DNA of 64,000 bases. Origin: an archaeon (GTDB lineage Archaea; B1Sed10-29; JAJRYS01). The DNA lies in assembly GCA_024275665.1 (NCBI GenBank), contig JAJRYS010000018.1:5442-69441 (forward strand). The letters are read 5' to 3'. The notes below the pieces were generated by a model. That model was not told where the DNA came from. It made no database searches and saw only the letters and a list, made by a program, of their open reading frames with translations. This document shows, piece by piece, positions 1 through 9,174 of the stretch. Every line of letters starts with the position of its first letter. The stretch's first letter is position 1. A program made the translations under genes and the position numbers.

Positions 1-433
1 TTTCTTCAGTGGCAAGAGTGCTTGAAGGATTGATCAACTTTAGAATTTTGCCAGGGTCTTCTTTGAAGAAGTTTTTCTCTTCTAACTCTCTTTCAAGAAC
101 TTCGGTGAGAATATTTTCCATCATCACTGCTGTTTCTACTTTTTCCAACCTTGTTAAAAATTTTTTTAAGCTTCCAGGGGGTTTTAAGAATTCTTCCAAG
201 TACTCTTGATTCATCCTCACGAAGCCCCCTAATCCCTTTGGTTTATAGAAAAAAGGTTTTGTTTTCTCAAACAACTCACTGATAAATGCCTCCGTGTTAT
301 TAGAATAGTAAAAGTGATTAGTATCGCATCCAAGAGAATAAGCTTCTTGCTCAACATTATAATAACTGCCTAGTTTTTTGAACGCTTTCAACTGGTAATA
401 GTTAGGCAGCGTGTATTTCCCAGTGCTCCTGTG
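1..433 (-). CDS. hypothetical protein, 5' part only (ORF continues past window start); immediately downstream of swivel-domain gene
   Basis: Hand translation of minus strand gives an open frame from about 433 to position 1 with no stop (…GKYTLPNYYQLKAFKK…MNQEYLEEFLKPPGSLKKF…); not in ORF track because truncated. Confidence 0.35.
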
Positions 434-434
434 T

Positions 435-743
435 TTAGGAGTCAATGATTCTAAGAATTCCTTTCGTAGCATTCAACTCTACCATTGTTCCTTCTCTTAT
501 CTCAGGAACTTCTCCTGCTCCTACAATACAAGGAATGTTGAATTCTCTTGCTATTATTGCCCCGTGGCTTAGTATTCCTCCTCTTCGCATTACAAATCCC
601 TTGGTTTTTGAAGGGTTGAGGAATTCTGTTGGTTTAAGAGTGTCAAGTATGAGTATCCCTTCTTCTTCAAGCGATTTGACTACTCTTCCTCTCACTATAC
701 CAGGGCATGCTGATTTTCCAACGAAGACTTCATCCACTATCAA
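435..743 (-). CDS. stand-alone PEP-utilizing enzyme mobile (swivel phosphohistidine) domain protein, 102 aa
   Basis: Motif GGILSHGAIIAREFNIPCIVGAG matches the PEP-utilizers phosphohistidine domain signature (GGxxSHxAIxAREx GIPxVVG); no ATP-grasp or PEP-binding domain attached. Confidence 0.7.
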   Translation of the reverse strand: MIVDEVFVGKSACPGIVRGRVVKSLEEEGILILDTLKPTEFLNPSKTKGFVMRRGGILSHGAIIAREFNIPCIVGAGEVPEIREGTMVELNATKGILRIIDS

Positions 744-942
744 AGCACCTTCTATGCTGTTTGTTTAAAAATAAGGGAAAGGAGAGGGTGTTTTTTGTTT
801 TCAGAAGCCAAAGTCTCCTATGCCTTTCATTTGTTACTGCACCTCCTTGGGAATAAAAATTAAAAATAAGGCAATATATTAACCTTTCCACGGCAAACGT
901 CTAAATTAGAACCAGTCTCCGAGCATGCCATATCCCCTTCAC

Positions 943-2022
943 TTACACGTCGCGTTCTATTAAGTACTGCGCGAAAGCACGTAGTTTTTCTTTTGCTTCT
1001 GAAGGAGGGAGTACTTCATCAACTTCTTTCCAAGCTTCCTCCATTAGCTGTCTTGCTTTTTTCCTAGCATACTCAATGGAACCGTATTTTTCAAGAATAC
1101 TTATCGCTTCCCTTATTAACTCCTTGTCCTTGGTATGCATTGCCAAGATTTCCTCAAGTCTCTTCTTATCTTCTTCGCTCGCATTGTTTAATGCGTGCAC
1201 TACCATGAGTGTCCTCTTTCCTTCTGTGATGTCACTTCCGATGTATTCTTTCACGAATTGTCCTTTGCCAGAAATAGCAGTAAGGTTGAGGATGTCGTCT
1301 TGTATTTGGAAAGCTACTCCAATAGTCTCAGCGAATTTTCCTACTTTTTCTATCACGTCCTCAGAAGCCCCTGATAATAAAGCTGCCAACTTGGCGCTCA
1401 TTCTTGCAAGTGTTCCAGTCTTATAAGCGCACATTTGCAAGTAATGCTCTTCTGTAACATCCCTAGCATTGTCAGGGTGTTTGTGCCAGTAAATATCCAT
1501 TGCTTGCCCAAAACTAATGTTAATCATTTCCTGAGCATAAATATTATAAGCTTCTAACAGTGTCTTGTCGTCAAACTTCCCCCTGCTGTTCATGAAAACT
1601 TTCAAAGGCAAGTAGTAAAGAGTGTTACCACAGTTCAACGCAATATCCACACCGTATATCAAATGTGATGCTGGTCTCCCTCTCCTAGTATCACTCCCGT
1701 CTTCTATGTCATCTACGAAGAGAGTACCGTTATGCACTAGTTCAGGCACTAGGACAAAGTCTTTTACTTTTTCCTTGTCTCCCCCAAGCGCTTCCACGAG
1801 CATTAAGAACAACGCAGGCCTCCATCTCTTTCCTCCTCTTTTGAGGAACTCCCAGGTTGGCTCTGCAACTGCCTTAGTAACTGCTTTAGTATGGTAAGAG
1901 TATCTTGGTTCTCCTGCAAGGAACTTCAATACTTCTTCATCAAACTCTTCAGGAACATACTTCTTAATAGTGCTATCTATTTCTGGTTTTTTGCTTTCCA
2001 ATTCTCGTATAATGTCTATCAT
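943..2022 (-). CDS. idsA: polyprenyl (geranylgeranyl) diphosphate synthase
   Basis: Both aspartate-rich motifs present: FVDDIED (FARM) and QIQDDILN (SARM); length 359 aa typical. Confidence 0.85.
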   Translation of the reverse strand: MIDIIRELESKKPEIDSTIKKYVPEEFDEEVLKFLAGEPRYSYHTKAVTKAVAEPTWEFLKRGGKRWRPALFLMLVEALGGDKEKVKDFVLVPELVHNGTLFVDDIEDGSDTRRGRPASHLIYGVDIALNCGNTLYYLPLKVFMNSRGKFDDKTLLEAYNIYAQEMINISFGQAMDIYWHKHPDNARDVTEEHYLQMCAYKTGTLARMSAKLAALLSGASEDVIEKVGKFAETIGVAFQIQDDILNLTAISGKGQFVKEYIGSDITEGKRTLMVVHALNNASEEDKKRLEEILAMHTKDKELIREAISILEKYGSIEYARKKARQLMEEAWKEVDEVLPPSEAKEKLRAFAQYLIERDV

Positions 2023-2250
2023 GAGTTAATCACCGAGTTATTCTTCTTCTAAAAATTGTTTATAATGTTTTACTGTTCCCTTGAAATCCATCTTGCTTTC
2101 TACTTCCATTTTTAGCACTACTATTCGTAGTTGTACTACTTTTAGTAGTTGTTCTTCTAAAAAAAGTGATTTATAAACCTTTCCGCGGCATTTGACGTGA
2201 TGAAAAAACTTATTAAAGCAAAGAAGTTAACTAAGAACGAGTGAAGCAAG

Positions 2251-2898
2251 ATGAATTTTGAGGAAAAGCTTGAAAAACTTAAAAAAATTACTGAGAGGGA
2301 AATGCAGGGCAGTGGTTGTGTTGTTCACGACTGGAACCACGTGCTAAGGGTTTTCAGAAATGCGGAAATGCTGTGGAAGGAAGAAGGAGGAAACTGGGAG
2401 ATAATAGCACCAGCAGTGCTTCTTCATGACGTAGTACGCCCGGTCACGAAAGGAATCAAGAACGACCACGCGTTGCTCAGTTCTCATAAAGCAAGACCAA
2501 TCCTTGAAGAACTATGCTTTGACCACGTTGACAAGATAACGACATGCATTCTAAGGCATTCGAGTTCAAGCAGCAGGAAGCTTCCTGAAACAATTGAAGA
2601 GAAGATAGTATGGGACGCTGACAAGATTGACGGGTTCGGGTTGATGGGCGTAGCACGAACTATGATACTCTCAGGGGAGAGGAGCAAAGGAGTAGAAGAA
2701 ACAGCCAAGGAATGGCTTGAAGAGATTAAGAGAATAGCAGGAACAACAGAAGACATCGACACAGTGGTTGAGAAGTGGTTGTTCACAGACACTGCGAGGA
2801 GAAAGGCCAAGAAGAAAGTTGCTTTCTTCATCGACTTCTACAAAACTCTTCTCGGAGAATCAGAGGAAGAAAAGTATTATTCATTCTTCCAACCTTAG
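2251..2898 (+). CDS. HD-domain phosphohydrolase
   Basis: H…HD metal-binding motif (VLRVFRN…LLHDVVRP) and downstream D residue pattern typical of HD superfamily. Confidence 0.55.
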   Translation: MNFEEKLEKLKKITEREMQGSGCVVHDWNHVLRVFRNAEMLWKEEGGNWEIIAPAVLLHDVVRPVTKGIKNDHALLSSHKARPILEELCFDHVDKITTCILRHSSSSSRKLPETIEEKIVWDADKIDGFGLMGVARTMILSGERSKGVEETAKEWLEEIKRIAGTTEDIDTVVEKWLFTDTARRKAKKKVAFFIDFYKTLLGESEEEKYYSFFQP

Positions 2899-4428
2899 TC
2901 TTTTTACTACGAATTCTTTGTCAAGCGAGGCGAGGAACGGGCCTAGACGCGGGCCCCTGCTTTTGCCAAGCAGTAACTGGTAGAAGACCATGAAAGCAGT
3001 TTTTAAAGGAATCTCCTTCTCTTTTGCCTTGTTGTAAATGAATTGCTGTATTTCATCTCCTGCACGCGTTCCTGTTTCAATGAAGTCAGCAGTGTCTCTG
3101 AGGAGTTCTTTTACTTCTTCCCCCCACTCGCTCAGCATGACGTCCGGCATTTCTTCCTTGACAGTGAATTTGAATTGTTCCGGAGCGTAGTCCTGAACCC
3201 AGTTCCAAGCAAGCTTCAGCCTTTCGTCAGCATGCTCGTACGCGTGTCCTGTTTTCTTCAGGATTTTCTTGGCTTTTTCCACGTCCCCTAATGCTATCTG
3301 GATAGCGTTCACGCACACTGAGAACTGAGGAAGCTCAACATAACCGTGCTCTCCTATTCTTGAAAAGAAGTACCTGCGTGCCTCGTTTTCATCAGCACTG
3401 TTCTCCACACTGTAATACTTCTTCCTTGCTTCGTCAAAATAGTTGTAAGTGTTTAACAAGTCAGCGTCAAAGCTGATGTCAAAAGCCTTGTTGATCTTAG
3501 CAGTGTACAAATACCTTACTACTTCAGGCTCGTACACTCTCAGCAACTCAGTGACCGTGACCACATTTCCCTTCGAAGAACTCATCTTCTCCTTCTGGCC
3601 TTTCACGTTCACAAACTCGTACATTGGGCCTATTGGAGGCTCGTGTTCAAAAACCTGCCTAGCTATTAACACTCCAGTGTCCCAAGAGCCTCCTGCTGCT
3701 TTGTGGTCCTTGCCACTGCTCTCGAAGTCAACGTCATAGAAAGCCCAACGCATAGGCCAGTCAACCCTCCAAGGAAGCTTTGCATTACCAGGCTTCTTGC
3801 TGAAGTCAAGCACTGCTTTGTGACCGCAAACGCATTCGTACTCCAATTCATAGTTTCCAAGGTATTTTGCTTTCGTAGTGTCCTTGCCGCATTCCTCGCA
3901 GTACACTCTTACAGGAAGCCATCCTTCTTCTAATGGCTCTGCTCTGTACTTGTCAAGAATGTTTTTAATCAGTGAAGTGTTTTCTAATGCTTTTTTAACC
4001 ATTTCAACAAACGTTCCAGCAGGGTATTCTTTTGAAGCATGCTTGAAACTCACTTCTATTACAAGTTCTTGCATTTCTCTTATTACTGGTTCCTGGAAGT
4101 GTTCTGCGTAGGAGTCATGACAACCCCAAGGGTCAGGAGTCTTGCTAATAGGAATGCCAATGTACTTTTCCCATTCTGAAGGAACTCCTATTGGTACTTT
4201 CCTGAACCTGTCGTAATCATCCCAGAAGTACTGGTAAATTGCTTTGACTCCCTTGTCCAATAGTGCTTTGTAAACGAATTCCTGCGTGAGGATTTCCCTG
4301 AAGTTCCCAACGTGAACTATTCCAGAAGGAGTAATACCACTCTCTACTATGTACTCTTCTTTCTGTTTTCTCTTCACTATCTCGTCAGCATACTTGTCAG
4401 CCCAGTGCTTTGGTTCTTCCTCTTTCAA
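2881..4428 (-). CDS. lysK: lysyl-tRNA synthetase, class I (archaeal type)
   Basis: HVGNFRE (HIGH-like) and KMSSSKGN (KMSKS) motifs, 515 aa, class I LysRS architecture. Confidence 0.9.
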   Translation of the reverse strand: MKEEEPKHWADKYADEIVKRKQKEEYIVESGITPSGIVHVGNFREILTQEFVYKALLDKGVKAIYQYFWDDYDRFRKVPIGVPSEWEKYIGIPISKTPDPWGCHDSYAEHFQEPVIREMQELVIEVSFKHASKEYPAGTFVEMVKKALENTSLIKNILDKYRAEPLEEGWLPVRVYCEECGKDTTKAKYLGNYELEYECVCGHKAVLDFSKKPGNAKLPWRVDWPMRWAFYDVDFESSGKDHKAAGGSWDTGVLIARQVFEHEPPIGPMYEFVNVKGQKEKMSSSKGNVVTVTELLRVYEPEVVRYLYTAKINKAFDISFDADLLNTYNYFDEARKKYYSVENSADENEARRYFFSRIGEHGYVELPQFSVCVNAIQIALGDVEKAKKILKKTGHAYEHADERLKLAWNWVQDYAPEQFKFTVKEEMPDVMLSEWGEEVKELLRDTADFIETGTRAGDEIQQFIYNKAKEKEIPLKTAFMVFYQLLLGKSRGPRLGPFLASLDKEFVVKRLRLEE

Positions 4429-4638
4429 GAAAACCAGCCCCTCATGCTCTTCTTGCTCTTGCTTTCTTCAGCTTTGCTTCTCTTTCTCTTCTTGCTTTCT
4501 CAGCAATCCAGAAAGCTTCTGCTTTTTCAAACGTTATTTCTCCTTTCAACACTCTGAGTTTGAGCTCCAAAGGCCATTCTTTTGGAAAATGAATCATGAT
4601 TGTATTACTCATTACTCGTTTAAAAAAAGCAAAGCAAA

Positions 4639-4782
4639 CGGGCCCGATGGGATTTTCGTGAAGAACTGCACTAAGAGCACGTCTTCTTTCGAACCCACGA
4701 CAACCTGGTTAAGAGCCAGGCGCTCTGCCATTCCAGGGATTAAAAACGCAACACGCTTTAACCCTGACTGAGCTACGGGCCC
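4639..4782 (-). tRNA. tRNA-Lys(CTT) with two putative introns (D-loop about 35 nt, T-loop about 35 nt), none at 37/38
   Basis: Minus strand: acceptor GGGCCCG/CGGGCCC, U8A9, D-stem GCTC…GAGC interrupted, anticodon stem CCTGG/CCAGG with loop CTCTTAA, T-stem GTGGG/CCCAT with TTCGAA loop interrupted by a hairpin-forming insert. Confidence 0.6.
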
Positions 4783-4859
4783 ATGTTTTTTGTTTTAATT
4801 GTTAAGAATAATAATCCTGTGCGCTTATTTTATATTCGTCTTCGTTTTAAAACATTACC

Positions 4860-5378
4860 ATGATCACAGTACTGCGCTTGGGGCATAGGAGAGTAAGGGA
4901 TGCCAGGGTTTCCACTCACTGCGGGTTGGTTGCTCGTGCTTTCGGAGCAGACGGCATAGTGTATTCTGGTGAAAAGGATGAGAAATTGTTGGAAAGCATT
5001 GCTGACGTTAGCAGGCGTTGGGGAGGAGAATTCAAGGTTGCTTATAACAAGAACTGGCGCAAGGTGATACAGGAATTCAAAGGAGTGAAAGTGCACTTGA
5101 CAATGTACGGGCTGCCTTTCCAAGAACATGTTAGTAAACTGCGTGGAGAGGACTTGCTCGTGGTTGTTGGCGGTGAGAAAGTTCCTTGGGATGCTTACGA
5201 ATTATCTGATTTTAACCTAAGCGTTACTAGCCAGCCTCATTCTGAAATAGCTGCTCTCGCAGTGTTCTTGGATCACTTGTTCGATGGAAAAGAGCTTGGG
5301 AAAGAGTTTAAAGGAGGTTTGAAAGTAATTCCACAAGCCCGCGGCAAGATAGTGAGAACAGGGGAAGAAAAGGAATAA
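4860..5378 (+). CDS. trm56: tRNA (cytidine56-2'-O)-methyltransferase aTrm56 (SPOUT)
   Basis: N-terminal [26 protein letters not shown] is the aTrm56 signature; about 175 aa. Confidence 0.75.
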   Translation: MITVLRLGHRRVRDARVSTHCGLVARAFGADGIVYSGEKDEKLLESIADVSRRWGGEFKVAYNKNWRKVIQEFKGVKVHLTMYGLPFQEHVSKLRGEDLLVVVGGEKVPWDAYELSDFNLSVTSQPHSEIAALAVFLDHLFDGKELGKEFKGGLKVIPQARGKIVRTGEEKE

Positions 5379-5404
5379 ATACCTTCACCTTCATAAATAA
5401 TACC

Positions 5405-5923
5405 ATGCCTTCTGTTTCTTCTCTGAAAATCGACGACCCTCTCGTGAAGAAATTCATCGAGAATAAAGTTAACAAAGACGCTTATAAAGTCATTTCTGCA
5501 ATCAAAAGGGGTAAGACTGACGAGCAAATAGCAAAATCACCAGGATTGAAAGTCAACACTATCAGGAACTTGTTGAACAGGCTTCATTACATCGGAGTAA
5601 TCCATTATACTAAGGAAAAAGCCAAGAACAGTAATTGGTATACTTATACGTGGTTTTTGAGGAAAGAACGTCTTGCAGAACTCTTGGAAGAAGAATACAG
5701 GGAAGAACTTCAAAGGCTTGAGGAAAAAATCAGTTTTGAGAAGAATTATGTTTTCTTTTCCTGCGGAAACAAATGCACTAAGCTCCCTTTCGAACTAGCA
5801 TTCGAGTATGATTTCAAGTGCCCTGAATGTGGTTCCACAATGGAGGAAATGGACAATGAGAAGGAGTTGAAGAAAATAGAACGCAAGATAAGACAAATAA
5901 GAAAACTACTTTATTCTAAATAA
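5405..5923 (+). CDS. tfe: transcription factor E (TFIIE alpha homolog)
   Basis: N-terminal winged helix plus C-terminal zinc ribbon CGNKC…CPECG, size 172 aa. Confidence 0.7.
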   Translation: MPSVSSLKIDDPLVKKFIENKVNKDAYKVISAIKRGKTDEQIAKSPGLKVNTIRNLLNRLHYIGVIHYTKEKAKNSNWYTYTWFLRKERLAELLEEEYREELQRLEEKISFEKNYVFFSCGNKCTKLPFELAFEYDFKCPECGSTMEEMDNEKELKKIERKIRQIRKLLYSK

Positions 5924-6584
5924 TTTCCCTAACTTTATGTATTTTCATGCCTTTTTTGGTTAGTTCATAAGGGTGGATTGCAGGGTCTATTCTCGTTCCT
6001 ATCATCTTTCTTACTGAGACTCCTCTTATGACTTCTGATTCTTTTCTCATCAAGTGCATTTGTATCACTCCGTCAAGCACGAATTCCTCTGACCCGAACG
6101 CGCTTAGCTTGTCAGTATTGTCAGGCGTTTCAGTAATCATAATAGCAGTTGCTCCAGTATTCTTAATCATGTTCCTCATTTCAATAAGTCCTTTCCTCAT
6201 CTTGTAAGGAGAGTCAAAGAACTGCCCAATGATGGTAAGAGAATCAAGAACTACTCTTGAAGCGCTTAGCTTGTCAATGTTGTCCTCTAAGTCTGATAAG
6301 AAGGTTTCAAACTGATACAACTCGCTTGTAACTACTGTGAATTGCTTTGACTTTATTCTTTCTTCCAAATCCCAGTCAAACAGTGACAATGCGTCTTTTA
6401 AGTAATTAGTGTCTTTTTCAAAAGTATAAAACAAGGAAGGCTCGTTAGAGTTGTACAAGTATTCTGAAGCGAAGAAAAGCTTTCCTGCACCACAAGGGCC
6501 TGTAAGCAGTACTGAAGAGCCTTTTGGAATGCCTCCTTCCACGAGGTCATCAAAGCCCTTAATACCTGTCTTTATTCGCTCCAT
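5916..6584 (-). CDS. KaiC-like/RecA-superfamily ATPase
   Basis: Walker A GPCGAGKLFFASE, single RecA-like domain of about 220 aa (KaiC/RadB-like), flanks pilus locus. Confidence 0.65.
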   Translation of the reverse strand: MERIKTGIKGFDDLVEGGIPKGSSVLLTGPCGAGKLFFASEYLYNSNEPSLFYTFEKDTNYLKDALSLFDWDLEERIKSKQFTVVTSELYQFETFLSDLEDNIDKLSASRVVLDSLTIIGQFFDSPYKMRKGLIEMRNMIKNTGATAIMITETPDNTDKLSAFGSEEFVLDGVIQMHLMRKESEVIRGVSVRKMIGTRIDPAIHPYELTKKGMKIHKVREII

Positions 6585-6671
6585 GTTTTATGAAAACTCG
6601 TGAATGGTTTAAAACTCTTGCGGTTGAATACAACTAAACCAGTTGTGAAAAAGGGAGATAAAATTAGAAAG

Positions 6672-6697
6672 AAAGGCCTTGGAAGGCCTTTTTTATT
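6672..6697 (-). terminator. hairpin plus T-tract downstream of pilin gene
   Basis: AAAGGCCTTGGAAGGCCTTT inverted repeat followed by T-rich run on the strand of gene 6703-7179. Confidence 0.4.
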
Positions 6698-6702
6698 CAG
6701 GT

Positions 6703-7179
6703 TTAACTTTCACAGTCTGCGTATATTGTTCCAGTATCTGTGTGCTGCAATCCTGATGTTGTTGTGTATATCACTTTAACTTGCACTGTTGCTGATGCTC
6801 CAGAAGTACAGCTTATGGAAGCATTAACTGTTTTTTCTTGTCCTGCTCCTACTGATGCTGTTGATGCTGTTCCAAAGTACGCTTGGTGGTATGTTGATCC
6901 TCCATCATCACTTGTTGTAATATTAACATTTCTTAGAGTTTGTCCTGCTACGTTCCTGAATACTATTTGAGAGTTAGTAACAGAGTAGTTCCCTCCGTTG
7001 GTAACTATCTTCCATTCTGCTGGTACTAACACGTCAAAACCACTTGCTCCTGTTGAACTTGTTCCAAATACTCCAGACCTCCAGAGTACGAGTCCTACTA
7101 TGACTACTACGAGTATTGCCCACCCGTAGGTCATGAGGTATTCTAGTGCTCCTTGTGCTTTTTTCATGTCATGCGTCAC
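6703..7179 (-). CDS. archaeal type IV pilin-like protein (class III signal peptide)
   Basis: N-terminus KKAQGALEYLMTYGWAILVVVIVGLV = basic residues, QGxxEY cleavage motif, hydrophobic helix. Confidence 0.6.
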   Translation of the reverse strand: MTHDMKKAQGALEYLMTYGWAILVVVIVGLVLWRSGVFGTSSTGASGFDVLVPAEWKIVTNGGNYSVTNSQIVFRNVAGQTLRNVNITTSDDGGSTYHQAYFGTASTASVGAGQEKTVNASISCTSGASATVQVKVIYTTTSGLQHTDTGTIYADCES

Positions 7180-7391
7180 CTCTTAAAACATGTTTTTATG
7201 AAGAAAGAGAACGAAAAAGCCGTTTATAAAAGTTTCTATAAACTCATTATGCTTGATAATAAACTACCAAGCCCACTTAACGCTATGAAGAACAATAACA
7301 ATGCCACGAATATGAACACTGGCACTTCTTTTATCCCTTCCTTCTCTTCCCCCGTACGTAGTACGCCTACTACTAGTGCTCCGAAGAAAGC

Positions 7392-8279
7392 CTAGATGGC
7401 AAGGTTTGCTATTGAAAACCATAACAATAAGTCTTTGCTTATTGGTTTTGACTGCGTCATTCCTCTTATTGAAGGAAGAGAAGTGCTCATTATTGGTGGT
7501 TGTTGAATGTTAGCAGAACCAACGCTTTCCCTAATGCTTGCGCTCATTCCAACGAAGTTAATGGAAGTAGCGTAAAGCACTGGCGCTGCTATGAGTATTG
7601 CAAGCATTGTAAATATGACGTAAGCCCCTATGTTTGCTTTTATTTCCTCTTGCAGTATCTCACTCATTCTAATGTCGTCTGCTGTTTTTTCAAGCAAGCT
7701 TGCTAATTCTCCTCCAGCACTCATTCCCTCTGCAATGAGATTCACTACTCTTTTCAGTACTTTTGAATCCACTCTTTCAGAAAACTCTAACAATGCTTCG
7801 TCTACGGGTTTTCCAGCCATTGCTTGCTGTCCTATGAATGTTATTTCCTCGCTTAGTATTCCGAATTCTTTCCTTGCTGATAAGAACAACGCTTTGTCAG
7901 GAGTAAGGCCTGCTCTTATGTTAGCTGCTATTAACTGCAACGCGTCTGGAAGCATTCTTTCTATTTGCCTGGCACGCTGGTAAGCAGCATAGGATAGAAG
8001 GAAGTACAATGTTAGAAAGATGGTTGAAGAAAATATTATGAACAAGAATAAGAAAACAATAGCAGTTGTTAAGCTTGATGCAAAATGATGTGTTGGAAGA
8101 GAAGAAATGATTAAGACAATTATCGCTGATATCATAACACTAAAAGAAGCTGCGAATCCAAGCCAGATGTTTTCATTCATGCTAATGCTTGAGTAAACTA
8201 ATAGTTTCTTTACTTTTTCTCTTACTCTTCTTGGGAACTTCTTCCCTATTCCCAGGTATGTTCTTTCAATTAATTTCAT
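7392..8279 (-). CDS. TadC/FlaJ-like pilus assembly membrane protein (T2SS-F domain)
   Basis: 295 aa polytopic membrane protein adjacent to secretion ATPase; paired with second paralog as in Tad systems. Confidence 0.6.
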   Translation of the reverse strand: MKLIERTYLGIGKKFPRRVREKVKKLLVYSSISMNENIWLGFAASFSVMISAIIVLIISSLPTHHFASSLTTAIVFLFLFIIFSSTIFLTLYFLLSYAAYQRARQIERMLPDALQLIAANIRAGLTPDKALFLSARKEFGILSEEITFIGQQAMAGKPVDEALLEFSERVDSKVLKRVVNLIAEGMSAGGELASLLEKTADDIRMSEILQEEIKANIGAYVIFTMLAILIAAPVLYATSINFVGMSASIRESVGSANIQQPPIMSTSLPSIRGMTQSKPISKDLLLWFSIANLAI

Positions 8280-8280
8280 T

Positions 8281-9174
8281 TCAAACCCTCAGCATCGGCC
8301 TCTTGTTTTTCAAAAACTTCACGAAGAAGAACTGGAAAGCAGCGAAAAACACTGTGAATATGAAGAACATTGACTCATTTAATTCAATAGGAGCAAGAGT
8401 AGTCAGCACTAATAACATTGCTATTCCCATTGTTGGAAATATCACTGTGAGCATTAAGTACATTAACGCCCATGGCGACAATTCTTTGCTGAATCTTTGG
8501 AGTTTTACTCTTTCTTCTTCTGAAAAATTTTTAACGAGCATTTCAATGGTTTCAGCTAAGTCAGAACCTGCTCTCAGTGCGTTTGAAATCTGCCACACTG
8601 CTCTTCTAAGATAAGAGGAGGGTGTTCTTAGAACCATGTTGTCAAGTGCTTGTGTCTGCGGCGTCCCTCCGTTTATTTCCTTGGCTGCTGTTTCAAACTC
8701 TTCTGACACTACTCCGTATCCTGCTTCGCTTACGGATATTATAGCGTTGTAAAGAGGCACCCCTGACCTTATTTGAATAAGCAGGTGTCTCAACGCGTAT
8801 AACAAGTCTTTGTTTAATTGCTCTGCTCTTCTTTTCAAAAGCACGCTTGGGTAGTAAATTGTTTGTAAGAATATGAAGAAGGAAAAAGCAAGAGAGGATA
8901 TGAAAAGGACTAACAATGCTTCTGATAATTCAGAAGGGACTAACAAAAACAATACAGCAAGTAACGAGAAGAAAATCAGCGAGAAGGAATAAATGCTTGA
9001 CAGTATTGCTATGGAAACAAATTCCGTGGGTGAAACCCCTGCTTCTATTTGCACTAATTCTGATTTCAAAGCAGGCCTTAGCATAGCCATTCGTGTTGCT
9101 ACTGGTTTGAATATTCTTGAAAAGCGTTTCACTTTTCTTATTTCCAAAGGAAAGAAAGGGAGCTTCGTAAGCAT
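8281..9174 (-). CDS. TadB/FlaJ-like pilus assembly membrane protein (T2SS-F domain)
   Basis: 297 aa membrane protein, paralog of the downstream gene, 1-nt gap, same operon as ATPase. Confidence 0.6.
   Translation of the reverse strand: MLTKLPFFPLEIRKVKRFSRIFKPVATRMAMLRPALKSELVQIEAGVSPTEFVSIAILSSIYSFSLIFFSLLAVLFLLVPSELSEALLVLFISSLAFSFFIFLQTIYYPSVLLKRRAEQLNKDLLYALRHLLIQIRSGVPLYNAIISVSEAGYGVVSEEFETAAKEINGGTPQTQALDNMVLRTPSSYLRRAVWQISNALRAGSDLAETIEMLVKNFSEEERVKLQRFSKELSPWALMYLMLTVIFPTMGIAMLLVLTTLAPIELNESMFFIFTVFFAAFQFFFVKFLKNKRPMLRV

Noticed and set aside
9-209. 66-aa plus-strand ORF at window start
   Set aside because: Lies antisense to a longer open frame on the minus strand that continues past position 1; low-complexity translation
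1076-1897. ORFs 1076-1426 and 1622-1897 on plus strand
   Set aside because: Entirely antisense within the well-supported idsA gene; S/L-rich translations typical of antisense frames
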